64,000 nucleotides of DNA from Octopus sinensis (Eukaryota), in assembly GCF_006345805.1 (NCBI RefSeq), contig NC_042997.1:71176001-71240000 (forward strand), read 5' to 3'. The notes below the pieces were generated by a model. It was not told the origin of the DNA, ran no database searches, and saw nothing but the letters and a program-made list of their open reading frames with translations. The translations under genes and the position numbers were made by a program. Positions 51,990 to 62,654 of this stretch are shown piece by piece; position 1 is the stretch's first letter, and each line of letters opens with the position of its first letter.

Positions 51990-54900
51990 CATACATACAT
52001 ATCAATGTATATCATATATACATTGATATAGATATACGCATATACATATATAAATGCATGTATCCATGGATAAGTATACAAATATATATTTGCATATGTA
52101 TATATACATATATATACATGTATATACATAAATATATGCATTGCTATATGCACGTTCACACACACACACACATATACACACACACATATATATATACATA
52201 CATACATACATGCATACATAAAAACATAGATATAAGTACAAATACATACGAACATAGGAGACGTGTGAGAGGGATATAAAGACAGAGAAAGTGAGCGAAA
52301 GAAAGAAAGTAACGGAAATAAGAGAGTGACGTGTTCCTGAGGCATGCCACTAATTAGATAGTGTTTTTTCGTCTTATTTATTTCTTGATTTTATATCTTC
52401 TTATTTTTCGTTTATATTCATTTCCACTGTCTAAATATCACCTGCTACCATTTCCACGATTTTAAGAAAACAATTCAGGGAGATATTTAATGAGTTCTTT
52501 AATATTTCAACAATCGTGTGAAAAGACCTCAAACTCTGATAAGTTAAGCCTAATGAAGCTTAGCTCCAGTATTGCAGAACCGCTGAGAGAGCATGTTTAA
52601 TAAACATCTTCATTATGAAAGCCTGTGGTCATTTTGTTGATCACAAGGTTAAGTAAGTACACGACTTTACCTGGTCTTCGCATACATATGAGTGAAAGAG
52701 AGACACACACACAGACAGACAGACAGACGCAGAAAGAGCGTGCATATGTGTGTGCGCACGCATGTTTGCCTGCGTGTGTGGTTGTGTACTGATATGTATT
52801 CAGACAGTAAATATTAAAAAAATAAAAATCTCGGTTTACCAGCTGATGATCGGAAACAAGTGACTCGGAGTACTGGAAAGCGTAGTCCTGCAGTTATAAT
52901 GCATCAAAGAATACTCTGCATTTTTATTGAGTCCTATAATATATGACTTCAGGTGAATCAGCACACGCGCACACAGACACACATACACACACACTCATAC
53001 ACACACATGCACACACCTACGCACGCACTCACAGACACTCACAGACACACACATACATACATACATACATACATACATACATACATACATACATACATAC
53101 ATACGTACATACATACATACATACATACATACATAAATACATACATACATACATATATACATACACACATGCATGCATACGCGCGTACGTACATACATAC
53201 ATACGTACATACATATATACACATACATACATACATACATACATACATACATACATACATACATACATACATACATGGTGGCTGCTTCCTCGTTATCGAG
53301 TATGGCCATTGCACGAAGCTTAATGTTGTTATCGTGCAATGCCTGTGCAAGAAGATTTTTTTTAAAGTGAGGAAAGGCTGTGCACAGAGTCAATCCCACT
53401 CACTAAGCAACAGCAGCCATAATCCGAAAAGAAGAACAAGTCAACATCATCGGTAACCACTGAGCCGCAGGTTTTATGTCGGAGTTATCCCAGTTACCTG
53501 AGTTACCTCCTCCTAGAAGGATGCCCTAATAAAGGCTAGGAGTCCATCACTCCCAATGGTTTAACCGCGCGATCGAGTATTCAGTCCGATTATTTCTATG
53601 TCCCTGCGCATGATACAGCCTTAAGACATTTATTGGATGGCCGCTGACTCTCAAGAGTTCCTCTGCCCTTTGTCGGGTTTTGTTTTCATCCTGCAGGGTA
53701 TCCAATAAATACCCTCCTCACCAAGCAAGCTTGGTGGGATTGCCGGTTTAGTTTTAGACCCAATTGTGGGATATGCGATTATCTAACTGAGGGATCAGAG
53801 TTAGGCCCCTTCTGAACGCGTCTACGACAAACGACATATCCACCTCGGCCTTAGAATGACACAAATATACACGCAAATATTAAAAATGATACACTCAAGC
53901 AAGGGCCCGGGATCAGGATGTGCAGCGGGTGCACCTGCCCCCCCTAGATCAAAATTTGCACCCCCTACTTAATCTTACTAGTTTCAGAAAAAGTGTCTAA
54001 AATTTATCGGTATAAAATGCTTAAGTTCGATCGCGTTTCAAAACAAAGAAAAAAAATAATAATAAATAAAAGTGATGAAGCTGGCATAAAATTCCCTAGG
54101 GAGTTTATGACCACTAACTTCTGAAGGAAAGTAGTGTCAAAATAACATAGCGACCATAACAACAGTAGCAACAACAATAACAACAACAAAACCAGCATGT
54201 ATGGTTAATTTTGAATATATAGCATTACTTGAATTATTGAAGACAGCTTCCACCCAGTTAAAATGTGTAAATCTCTCTTTCTGTCAGTCAAATACTTCTT
54301 TCCATCTTTCAGTACCACACCCAATTTCTTTGTAATTGGTGTTGCTAAGGCCTTAAAATATGGTTGAATGGATTCGACCGTTTGATCCCAGTCTAAAAAA
54401 TAAAACCCTTTCAAAATTCTTTCAGTCAAAACGATTATTCTCATGTAGGTTGTTAGGTCCAAAATGTGCATGAAAAAATAGTTTGAAAGTAAAAACTTTG
54501 ATAGGAAGCATTTAACTATAAATAATTGCAAACAACTGAAATTACGAAATAAATTTGTAAAGCCACACATCCGCTTCTATTCTTACTCAGTGGTACCCCA
54601 CACAGCTTTCAACATTTGGTGGACATTGTCTCCGTTTTCAAACCCATCCTATCCTCCTCATTGTAAAACATTCCCTATCTATTTCTATCGTTCTTTCTCT
54701 CTACATATCTTCTTTTCTCCCTTTACTACCTTTCATTTCTTCCTGTCCCTATTACTGTTAACCACCTCCTATCTATCTTTATTGCCTTCTTTCTCTACAC
54801 TTCCTCTTTCTTTCTACCTGCACTCCCAGGTCAATGGATCTTCCTTCCCCCCCATCCACCTTTTTTGTGCAAAACGACCATTCAATATCCCATACCATTA

Positions 54901-55413
54901 TCTGCTTGACCACTGCCTGGCTAAGTGCCTTTTTTCAACTCCAGCCTAGCATTCACTTCAGCCTTGATTCCCCTTTTCATTTTTCATTCAATCCTTACTT
55001 TCCTTTTGTCTTTATTACTCTCTATCTGCTCTTTTTATCCTTCTCTTGAGTTCCTTAGGAAATAGTTTACTTTTAGCGTTACTACTAACAAATCATATCT
55101 TAAACACGAAGTTTAGGCAGAATGCCTTATATATTGACGACTTTCGTTTTTTATCTTGCCTTAATTCTGTCGTATTATCAATCAAAAGTCTTCCTGCGTA
55201 TATATAAAATAGTATCCGCGTCATATTTGTTTCCGATACTGTCCTGCTTTTTCGTTTTATATAGAAAACATTGTTTTAATTAGTTTGATAAGTGCCTCTG
55301 CATGAAACTCTCGAACCTTCAGTCACTATGTAACTTTCGCCGATCAATAAATCTATACTTATTATTTGAGTCTGACTCAACATGAGTTCTATTTTTCATG
55401 TTTGAACCACTAC

Positions 55414-55456
55414 GCCTCTGATGAGAACCCAATAAGGTTCGAAAATCGATTAAGGT
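55414..55456 (+). ncRNA. Minimal type I hammerhead ribozyme
   Basis: gcct CTGATGA(55418-24) GAACC caataa GGTTC GAAA a tcga t TA aggt. Palindromic stem III AATCGATT, UUA site, 3-4 bp stem I. Confidence 0.75.
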
Positions 55457-55541
55457 TGTTTATCTTTTTTTCAATCTAAGGAAAAATGACTAAATTTGCC
55501 CTCTTTATAAATATACGGTATATATATATATATTATATATA

Positions 55542-55590
<49 letters not shown>

Positions 55591-55591
55591 G

Positions 55592-55702
55592 CAGCAAAAT
55601 TTAGGAACGGCCATAATAGGCCGCTCAACCCACTAGAAATAGCAGCCATGGCAAATAATTTCTGCTGAATTTTTTGCCACCCTATATTGATTAATATATG
55701 TA
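55592..55702. repeat. Short head-to-head family-2 fragment in (TA)n
   Basis: ggaacggccataataggcc...ctagaaatagcagcc joined to the inverted tgccaccctatattgattaa. Confidence 0.75.
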
Positions 55703-55755
55703 TATATATATATATAAATAAATATATAATATATAATATATCAATAGACATCGTG

Positions 55756-55905
55756 GGTCATGTAGCTTAATGGTAAAGTTCTCAGCCAGTATCTGAGTTG
55801 TATGGGTTCAAATGCCATAACCATCTGCTGGCAACTTTTTTTAAATGGCGGTGCCCCAGCATGGCCACAGCTCGTGAGCTGAAACTAGATGAAATAAAAA
55901 ATAAA
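55756..55905 (+). mobile_element. Short tRNA-derived SINE
   Basis: gtagcttaatggtaaag (A box) ... gggttcaaatgcc (B box), SINE tail ggcggtgccccagcatggcc and A-rich end. Confidence 0.7.
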
Positions 55906-55907
55906 AA

Positions 55908-56088
55908 ATCGTAACGATACCAGCTACCAAATGGTTTCACGGCGAATTGGGGCCCCGGGTGGCATTAGTAAAGTCACTGCGGAGAATCCCAGCCGATAAT
56001 CGGCTCGGGAGTCTCCCCAATGACTTTACTAAGGTCACTTGGGGTCCCAATTCGCCGTGAAACATTTGGTAGCTGGTATCGTTACGAT
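55908..56088. repeat. 181-bp GC-rich imperfect hairpin
   Basis: atcgtaacgataccagctaccaaatg...cagccg ataa tcggc...catttggtagctggtatcgttacgat. Confidence 0.85.
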
Positions 56089-56264
56089 GTATATTTATAT
56101 TTACCCACTACTCTACCTGTAGAGTAAGCTCTCCTCCAGTTATATGGTTTTACCGTATATTATCATATATATATATTTATATAAGAGAGAGAGAGAGAGA
56201 AAGTGATACAAGCATGCACATATATATACATTAATATATATATTATACATTATAAATATCATAT

Positions 56265-56412
56265 ATATTCATCATCATTTAACGTCCGCTTTCCATACTG
56301 GCATAGGTTGTGCGGTTCGACAGGGACAGAAGCCAAGGGCTACCAGCTCCCATCTAGTTTCGTAAGGTTTTCGTGGCTGGATGCCCTTCCTAACGCCAAC
56401 CACTTTACAGTG
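56265..56412 (-). mobile_element. RTE 3' tail fragment
   Basis: ggatgcccttcctaacgccaaccactttacag plus (ATC)n, the same tail as at 11330-11870 and 13740-13800. Confidence 0.65.
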
Positions 56413-56573
56413 TATATATATATGTGTGTATATTATAGATTTCTGAATCTGCCCACTGGAGGGCTGACACTGATAAAAATAGAAGTCAAATCGCAAGGCG
56501 GACCATTAGAACGATGCAACACAAGGAGGAAAGCGAAAAACACTGATGAGGTCACAGAAGTGTGACGAAAGAA

Positions 56574-56648
<75 letters not shown>

Positions 56649-56766
56649 CAATTAAGGAACGGCCATAATAGGCCATTCACCCACTAGAAATAACAGCCAA
56701 AGCTTTTACCGCAAATAAAGATTAATTCCGTAAACAGGAGAAAATTAAAAAAACATTTACCCTGTA

Positions 56767-56871
56767 ATTTCTTGTACGGTATACCGTTTCATCCGCTGTT
56801 TAATGGTAAACTAACCTGATTAAATTAAATCAAGCCACTTCCATAAGCCCTCGGATTCTTCAGCAAGAAAT
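56767..56871 (-). ncRNA. Type I hammerhead ribozyme A, extended stem II
   Basis: AUUUCUUG-CUGAAGA-AUCCG-[about 55 nt]-CGGAU-GAAA-CGG-UAUA-CCG-UA|CAAGAAAU. Confidence 0.9.
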
Positions 56872-57255
56872 ATAAATCAAGTCGGAACAGATATTTACAC
56901 GAGGCATACCCAATCTTGCCAGGCAATATCTGACCTAAAATTTTCAAATCGTCGCACTCGCGCCAAATTTATCGGCAGCAAATAAATATCAGCCGTCGAT
57001 TCCATTACGGAATTAACCCAAAAATTCATAATTAATCAATATAGGGTGGCAAGGAAAATTTTGTAGAATTTTATTGCCACCAGCGGCCCAGTGGGAAAAA
57101 ATTAAATAGTCATAGACCATTTTTAAGTTCAACATTAACAATTAAGGAACGGCCATAATAGGCCATTCACCCCTAAAATAACAGCCAAAGCTTTTACCGC
57201 CAAATAAAGATTAATTCCGTAAACAGGAGAAAATTAAAAAAACATTTACCCTGTA

Positions 57256-57362
57256 ATTTCTTGTACGGTATACCGTTTCATCGCGCTGTTTAATGGTAAA
57301 CAACCTGATTAAATTAAATCAAGCCAATCTTCCATAAGCCCTCGGATTCTTCAGCAAGAAAT
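57256..57362 (-). ncRNA. Type I hammerhead ribozyme B (1-nt insertion in the stem II 3' arm)
   Basis: Same core; atcgcgctg instead of atccgctg on the plus strand. Confidence 0.8.
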
Positions 57363-57961
57363 AGCTCAAGTCGGAACAGATATTTACACGAGGCATACCC
57401 AATCTTGCCAAGGCAATATCTGACCTAAAATTTTCAAATCGTCGCACTCGCGCCAAATTTATCGGCAGCAAATAAATATCAGCCGTCGATTCCATTACGG
57501 AATTAACCAAAAAATTCATAATTAATCAATATAGGGTGGCAAGGAAAATTTTGTAGAATTTTATTGCCACCAGCGGCAAATTACAGGGTAAATGTTTTTT
57601 TAATTTTCTCCTGTTTACGGAATTAATCTTTATTTGCGGTAAAAGCTTTGGCTGTTATTTCTAGTGGGTGAATGGCCTATTATGGCCGTTCCTTAATTGT
57701 TAATGTTGAACTTAAAAATGGTCTATGACTATTTAATTTTTCCCACTGGCCGCTGGTGGCAATAAAATTCTACAAAATTTTCTTGCCACCCTATATTGAT
57801 TAATTATGAATTTTTGGGTTAATTCCGTAATGGAATCGACGGCTGATATTTATTGCTGCCGATAAATTTGGCGCGAGTGCGACGATTTGAAAATTTTAGG
57901 TCAGATATTGCCTTGGCAAGATTGGGTATGCCTCGTGTAAATATCTGTTCCGACTTGAGCT

Positions 57962-58067
57962 ATTTCTTGCTGAAGAATCCGAGGGCTTATGGAAGATTGG
58001 CTTGATTTAATTTAATCAGGTTAGTTTACCATAAACAGCGGATGAAACGGTATACCGTACAAGAAAT
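57962..58067 (+). ncRNA. Type I hammerhead ribozyme C, extended stem II
   Basis: atttcttg(57962-69) CTGAAGA(57970-76) atccg ... cggat GAAA(58044-47) cgg tata ccg TA(58058-59) caagaaat. Confidence 0.9.
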
Positions 58068-58347
58068 TACAGGGTAAATGTTTTTTTTATTTTTCTCCTG
58101 TTACGGAATTAATCTTTATTTGCGGTAAAAGCTTTGGTGTTATTTCTAGTGGGTGAATGGCCTATTATGGCCGTTCCTTAATTGTTAATGTAACTTAAAA
58201 ATGGTCTATGACTATTTAATTTTTCCCACTGGGGCGCTGGTGGCAATAAAATTCTACAAAATTTTCCTTGCCACCCTATATTGATTAAATATATATATAA
58301 TATATATATAGAGAGAGAGAGAGAGAGATTGGATATAGATATATATA

Positions 58348-58388
<41 letters not shown>

Positions 58389-59359
58389 GAGAGAGAGAGA
58401 GAGGTATGTACATATGCAAGCACACATACACTCACGCATATACATACGAATGTATGTATTTGTGTGTCTGTATGTCACCCCACCATCGCTTGATAACTAA
58501 TGTTGATGCGATTATGCCCCTGTAACTTGGCGTTCGGAAAAAGAGGCGATAGAATAAATACAAAGCTTCCAAGAATAATTCCTGCATTGATTTGTTCAAA
58601 TAAAAGACGGTGCTCTAGTATGATACTTCGTCTTTGTGAAATATATGGGATGGGAGGGTCGTGTTGCTGGTTTTGCCAATAAAAACACAAGCACTATTTA
58701 TTTGATGTTCACTATTTGTTTTTCAGGTTTTTGTTCGACCAGAGTTCTTTCGTTACAATTCAGTGGCCTTAAACGTGGTCCTTTACTTTCTTCTTTTTTC
58801 TTTCTTGTATCTGCCCTTTTTAATCATCTGTCATGTTGTAATCCACAGAAATCCAAAATCTTTCTCTATCTCACTCTTTATGCCTGTGTATGTATACACA
58901 TATAATATGTGTTCATACTCAGCGGTCAACATTTGGCCGATATTGTCTTAATTTTCTATCCTGCTCCTCTCGGCTTCTTTCCCCTCCTGTTTGCAAAACA
59001 TTCCCTATCTATTTCTACTTGTCTTTCTCTTCACATATCTGCTTCTTTTCTCTCTTTACTCATCTTCATTTCTTCCTCTTATCACTTTCAACTACATCCT
59101 GTCTACCTTTATTTCCACATTCCCTCTTTCTTCCTAATTGTTCTTTCTTCCCCAATTTTCTCTACTCCTGTTGATCTACCTCTCCCTTCAATTTTTGGTG
59201 CCACATAACTATCCAATATTTTTAAGACTCCTTAAATTCGGTTAGCCAAGACGTTTTTTCTTCAATCAGCTGTTTACCTTATCATTTCAATTTTGATTCT
59301 GTTTTACCTCATATCCTAGTACCTCTGGAATACATGCATCAAGATTTTTCGGTTAAACT

Positions 59360-59725
59360 AAAACGTTTGACCCGGTCATAAAAACAAAAAGAAATAGTGC
59401 AATAGGTGTAAAACAACTTGCTCTAAACGAATATGACAAAAAAAATGCGCACTCACGAAAGGGGTGTGGGGAGAGGACTCGGAAAATTCGCATCGGGAAT
59501 TTCCGAAAGCGTCTGACCCGGACACAAAAACAAAAAAAAAAGTGTAATAGGTGTAAAACAACTTGCTCTAAACGAATATGACAAAAAAGATGCGCGCTCG
59601 CGAAAGGGGGGTGGGGGAGAGGACTCGGAAAATTCACATCTTCAGTCCATGGCTTTTAAACTATAGTGTTTGACCCGGGCCGGAAAAAAATAGTGTAATT
59701 GGTGTAAAACTACTTGTTCTAAACG
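59360..59725. repeat. Tandem repeat of about 145-155 bp, about 2.4 copies
   Basis: tgacccgg...gtgtaataggtgtaaaacaacttgctctaaacgaatatgac recurs at about 59369, 59514 and 59670. Confidence 0.8.
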
Positions 59726-59735
59726 ATTATCAAGA

Positions 59736-59766
<31 letters not shown>

Positions 59767-59989
59767 TGCCATAATGCATGTACATAAAAAATATACGATG
59801 AAAACACTTTGCATATCTTCATGAAATGTTTCATTAACAAAACGTGTGAGCGTAGGAAAACTTTTGGAATATGTTGATACAGTTTTCTTTATATACGTGG
59901 GAATTATGGAGTGATGCAAAAACTCGGCTTACTTCCATTTTAACACTTCTTATAGCTTCATTATTTCTTTCTTGGTAAACTGACATTTG

Positions 59990-60930
59990 AATGTTCAAAG
60001 AAAACTTCAAAAGTAACTATTAGGGACTTCTCTTGAAGATTAACAAAATTTGGCATCGTGTTGTTATCAAGTACCTGTAAAAAAAGGATTCAGTCAACAA
60101 GGACATGTTAATATATCGGAGGATGATGCTCCAGTTTTATCAACGGTGCAAAAGTGATTAACTGGTTTGAGCAGTATTAATTTTGAGAAGACTAATGATC
60201 CGAACAGTCTGCAACTGCCTCCACCGGAGAAAAATAATAAATTGCCAATGTTATTAGCATATCACGTGTGAGAGCTGAGAATATTCTACACAATAAATTT
60301 GGCATGATGAAAGTTTCTGCTTGATGGGTGTTGCCTCTTCTGACACCTGATTAAAAGGGCACCTGGCTGATGAAATTTCGAGAATATTGACATTGCTTGA
60401 GGCAAATCCAGTTTGCTTAAATGTGTTGGATTCATCATTTTGAGTTAGAGAATAAGAGATAATCTAACCGTGGAGACACTCCTCAACACTTACTCTAAAG
60501 AAGGTCATTTAATCTGCAGGGAAAGTGATGGCCTCAGTATTTTGGATTACAAAAAAGCATCGTGTTTATTGACTACTTTCAAAAGGCTCTCACCATCAAT
60601 GGAGAGTGCTGTACTGTGCCACCTTTCTAAGGCAGTTGCGAAAGGCTATCAAGGCCAAATGCAAGGAAAACAAATACTTTCATCGAAACAAATACTCCAG
60701 TGCACAAGTAACTGGTTTCGATGGCTGCTGTTTGTGATTGGCTTTGAACTGCTTAGCCACCCTCCCTACTTTAGGGATTTGACCTCATCTTATTATCTAT
60801 ATCCCCTTCATATAAAACAAACAAAAATACTCGGTTAGGAACCAATATCATAGTGATGATGTCTTATCAGCTGTTGAAAACTTGTTTAACTAACAGGATA
60901 GCTTCTTTTCCAAGGCAATCAAAGCTATGA
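59990..60930 (+). mobile_element. Decayed mariner transposase nested in the hAT element
   Basis: Remnants of R.VIKYL..KG, DDAP..STVQK, MKVSA.WV..LLT, HPPY..DL.SS (YSPDL-like) with many stops. Confidence 0.7.
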
Positions 60931-61826
60931 ATTGCTGAAAGATGTATGTAGAAGATCTTTTCTGTTTGATTTTCACTTTTCAATTGCTTCAATTTTGTTC
61001 CAATTTCAAAAATTTGTATTGTTCACATGAACTAAACCAACAGTATGTTTATCCAACATTTCATAAAACTTCCATCGTTGAATGTTTTAACATTGTAATG
61101 TGGTCACCTTTGTACAAAATGCCAGCTTCCACCATCTTGTTTCTCTATTGGGGAAATGATCAAACTTTAAACCTCTGTCACAGTTTTCTAAATTTTTTCT
61201 GGAATAAGTGAATAGTATCAGATTCAACGTGGAAAATTACACCAATGTATCAAATTTGAAACTTTTTGCTTAATTTCAAAATTTCTGAAGGTGAAATCCA
61301 GCAGAAAAGATCCTAATATTTAATAATGAACTTCATTTGGTTACATTCCATCAGAATATATTGGTCAGCCTGTTAATTTTCCAGTCGATCCTCATAATAA
61401 TAAAAGTTATTATTATTGAACATTTGTTTGTTTTGATACCCAAATTAGAAAACTTCACCTTGTTTGTAAAAATTTTGGGTACTACAGGAGAAGTGTGGAC
61501 CTGAGTTCTGAGAGTGCGCATGTCACTAATTTGCGCGTGCGCACGCGTTAGTTGTAAGTAGTCGATTTTAGCTCACAAGGCAAACGACGAGACGCGCGGA
61601 TGTGCGCTACTAGTTGATTTTAACACAGAGGTAAACAACGAGATACCAAATTTTAGAACTGAGTTTGCACCCCCTAAGTAAATTTTGTTCCCGGGCCATT
61701 GCACTCAAGAGATTCCCAAGAATTCATTAAAAAAACAGTGCCAATCACTGCTATAATCCATTAGGTGCCAATTTTAAGTCATTAACACCTTACTACTTTC
61801 TACATTCATTCTTATTCTCCCATCTC

Positions 61827-61990
61827 TTTCTTCTTCTTCTTCTTCTTCTTCTTCTTCTTCTTCTTCTTCTTCTTCTTCTTCTTCTTCTTCTTCTTCTTCT
61901 TCTTCTTCTTCTTCTTCTTCTTCTTCTTCTTCTTCTTCTCTTCTTCTTTTTCTTCTTCTTCTTCTTCTTCTTCTTCTTCTTCTTCTCCCT
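61827..61990. repeat. (TTC)n polypyrimidine tract
   Basis: Direct reading; source of the poly-R/K ORF. Confidence 0.95.
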
Positions 61991-62249
61991 TCTCCTTCCT
62001 AACTTTATCACTAATGCTTTTTAGAATAACACCTACGCAAATTCAATAAACAAAATATTCTAAAGAAATATTTTCATGAATTGAACAGGGACTGCTACCA
62101 TCCACTGACCATTCAAAATACTACTATCATGGTACTCCCAAATTCTTATTCTTCTTCCTCCCCTTCTTCTCCTCCTCCTTCTTCTTTTTCTTCTTCTTCC
62201 CTACCAAGAATTCACAAGGACCTCGAACCCACAAGAGTAAACAAGAGAC

Positions 62250-62480
62250 AGAGACAGGCAGAAACAAGGGAAATGCCACTTGTATTTGAACACTATACAA
62301 ATATTCTTTAAAAAAAAACTTTTCTTTTAATTTTTCTAAATTTAATTATTTAATTGTTACAGTTGAAAAGTCTCAATGACTGAAACCGGTACTGAAATGT
62401 TTTTTATAAAAATATTTTAGCATTTTCTATCTTGATTTGTTTCCATATATTTCAACTCGTGTGTTCCTTTTCATCCTTAT
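62250..62480 (+). mobile_element. Solo Penelope pLTR-like fragment homologous to 2890-3150(-)
   Basis: tatttgaacactatacaaatattc ~ tatttgaagactatggaaatattttc; tagcattttctatcttg...tcaactcgt ~ tagcatttcctaccttg...tcaactcgt; shared ctgaaaccggta. Confidence 0.6.
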
Positions 62481-62527
62481 AATACATACATATATATATA
62501 TATATATATATTATATATAATTATATA

Positions 62528-62654
<127 letters not shown>

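Larger units (their letters stand above)
56645..58287. mobile_element. Hammerhead-ribozyme repeat family 2 (unit about 489 nt): about 1.9 units on minus plus about 1.45 units on plus, head-to-head
   Basis: Direct repeat offset of 489 (56767 vs 57256). Inversion at 57577/57578. Three HHRs. Outer ends in (TA)n/(TC)n. Confidence 0.9.
53900..61701. mobile_element. hAT-type DNA transposon, 7802 bp, heavily nested
   Basis: TIR CAAGGGCCCGGGA (53900) / TCCCGGGCCATTG (61701), 12/13 match. Exact 8-bp TSD CACTCAAG at 53892-53899 and 61702-61709. tttgcaccccct subterminal motif near both ends. Confidence 0.85.

Noticed and set aside
52836-52880. ccag CTGATGA tcg GAAA ... gta ctgg
   Set aside because: No stem II can form and stem III does not pair, so it is treated as a chance match.
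53276-53830. GC-richer repeat-like segment with acctcctcctag...ggctag, suggestive of an HDV-like ribozyme
   Set aside because: Could not build P1 and P2 by hand. An RNArobo/Infernal search is needed.
57319-57519. 66-aa ORF in family 2 and 62-aa ORF (12322-12510) in family 1 running into the ribozyme
   Set aside because: The frame is not preserved in the sister copies (indels), and no recognisable domain is present.
57868-57956. Possible Pol III promoter in the family-2 unit (tggcgcgagtgc, gttccgac)
   Set aside because: The A-box-like match is present, but the B box is non-canonical and distant, so it is unsupported.
56645-58287. Using copy-to-copy indels to date the array
   Set aside because: Many differences are single-base indels typical of unpolished long reads, so the true copy number and identity are uncertain.
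58705-58765. Minus-strand ggcca CTGAATT gtaac GAAA gaac TC tggtc
   Set aside because: The core has two mismatches and stem II is too short. At best a decayed remnant.
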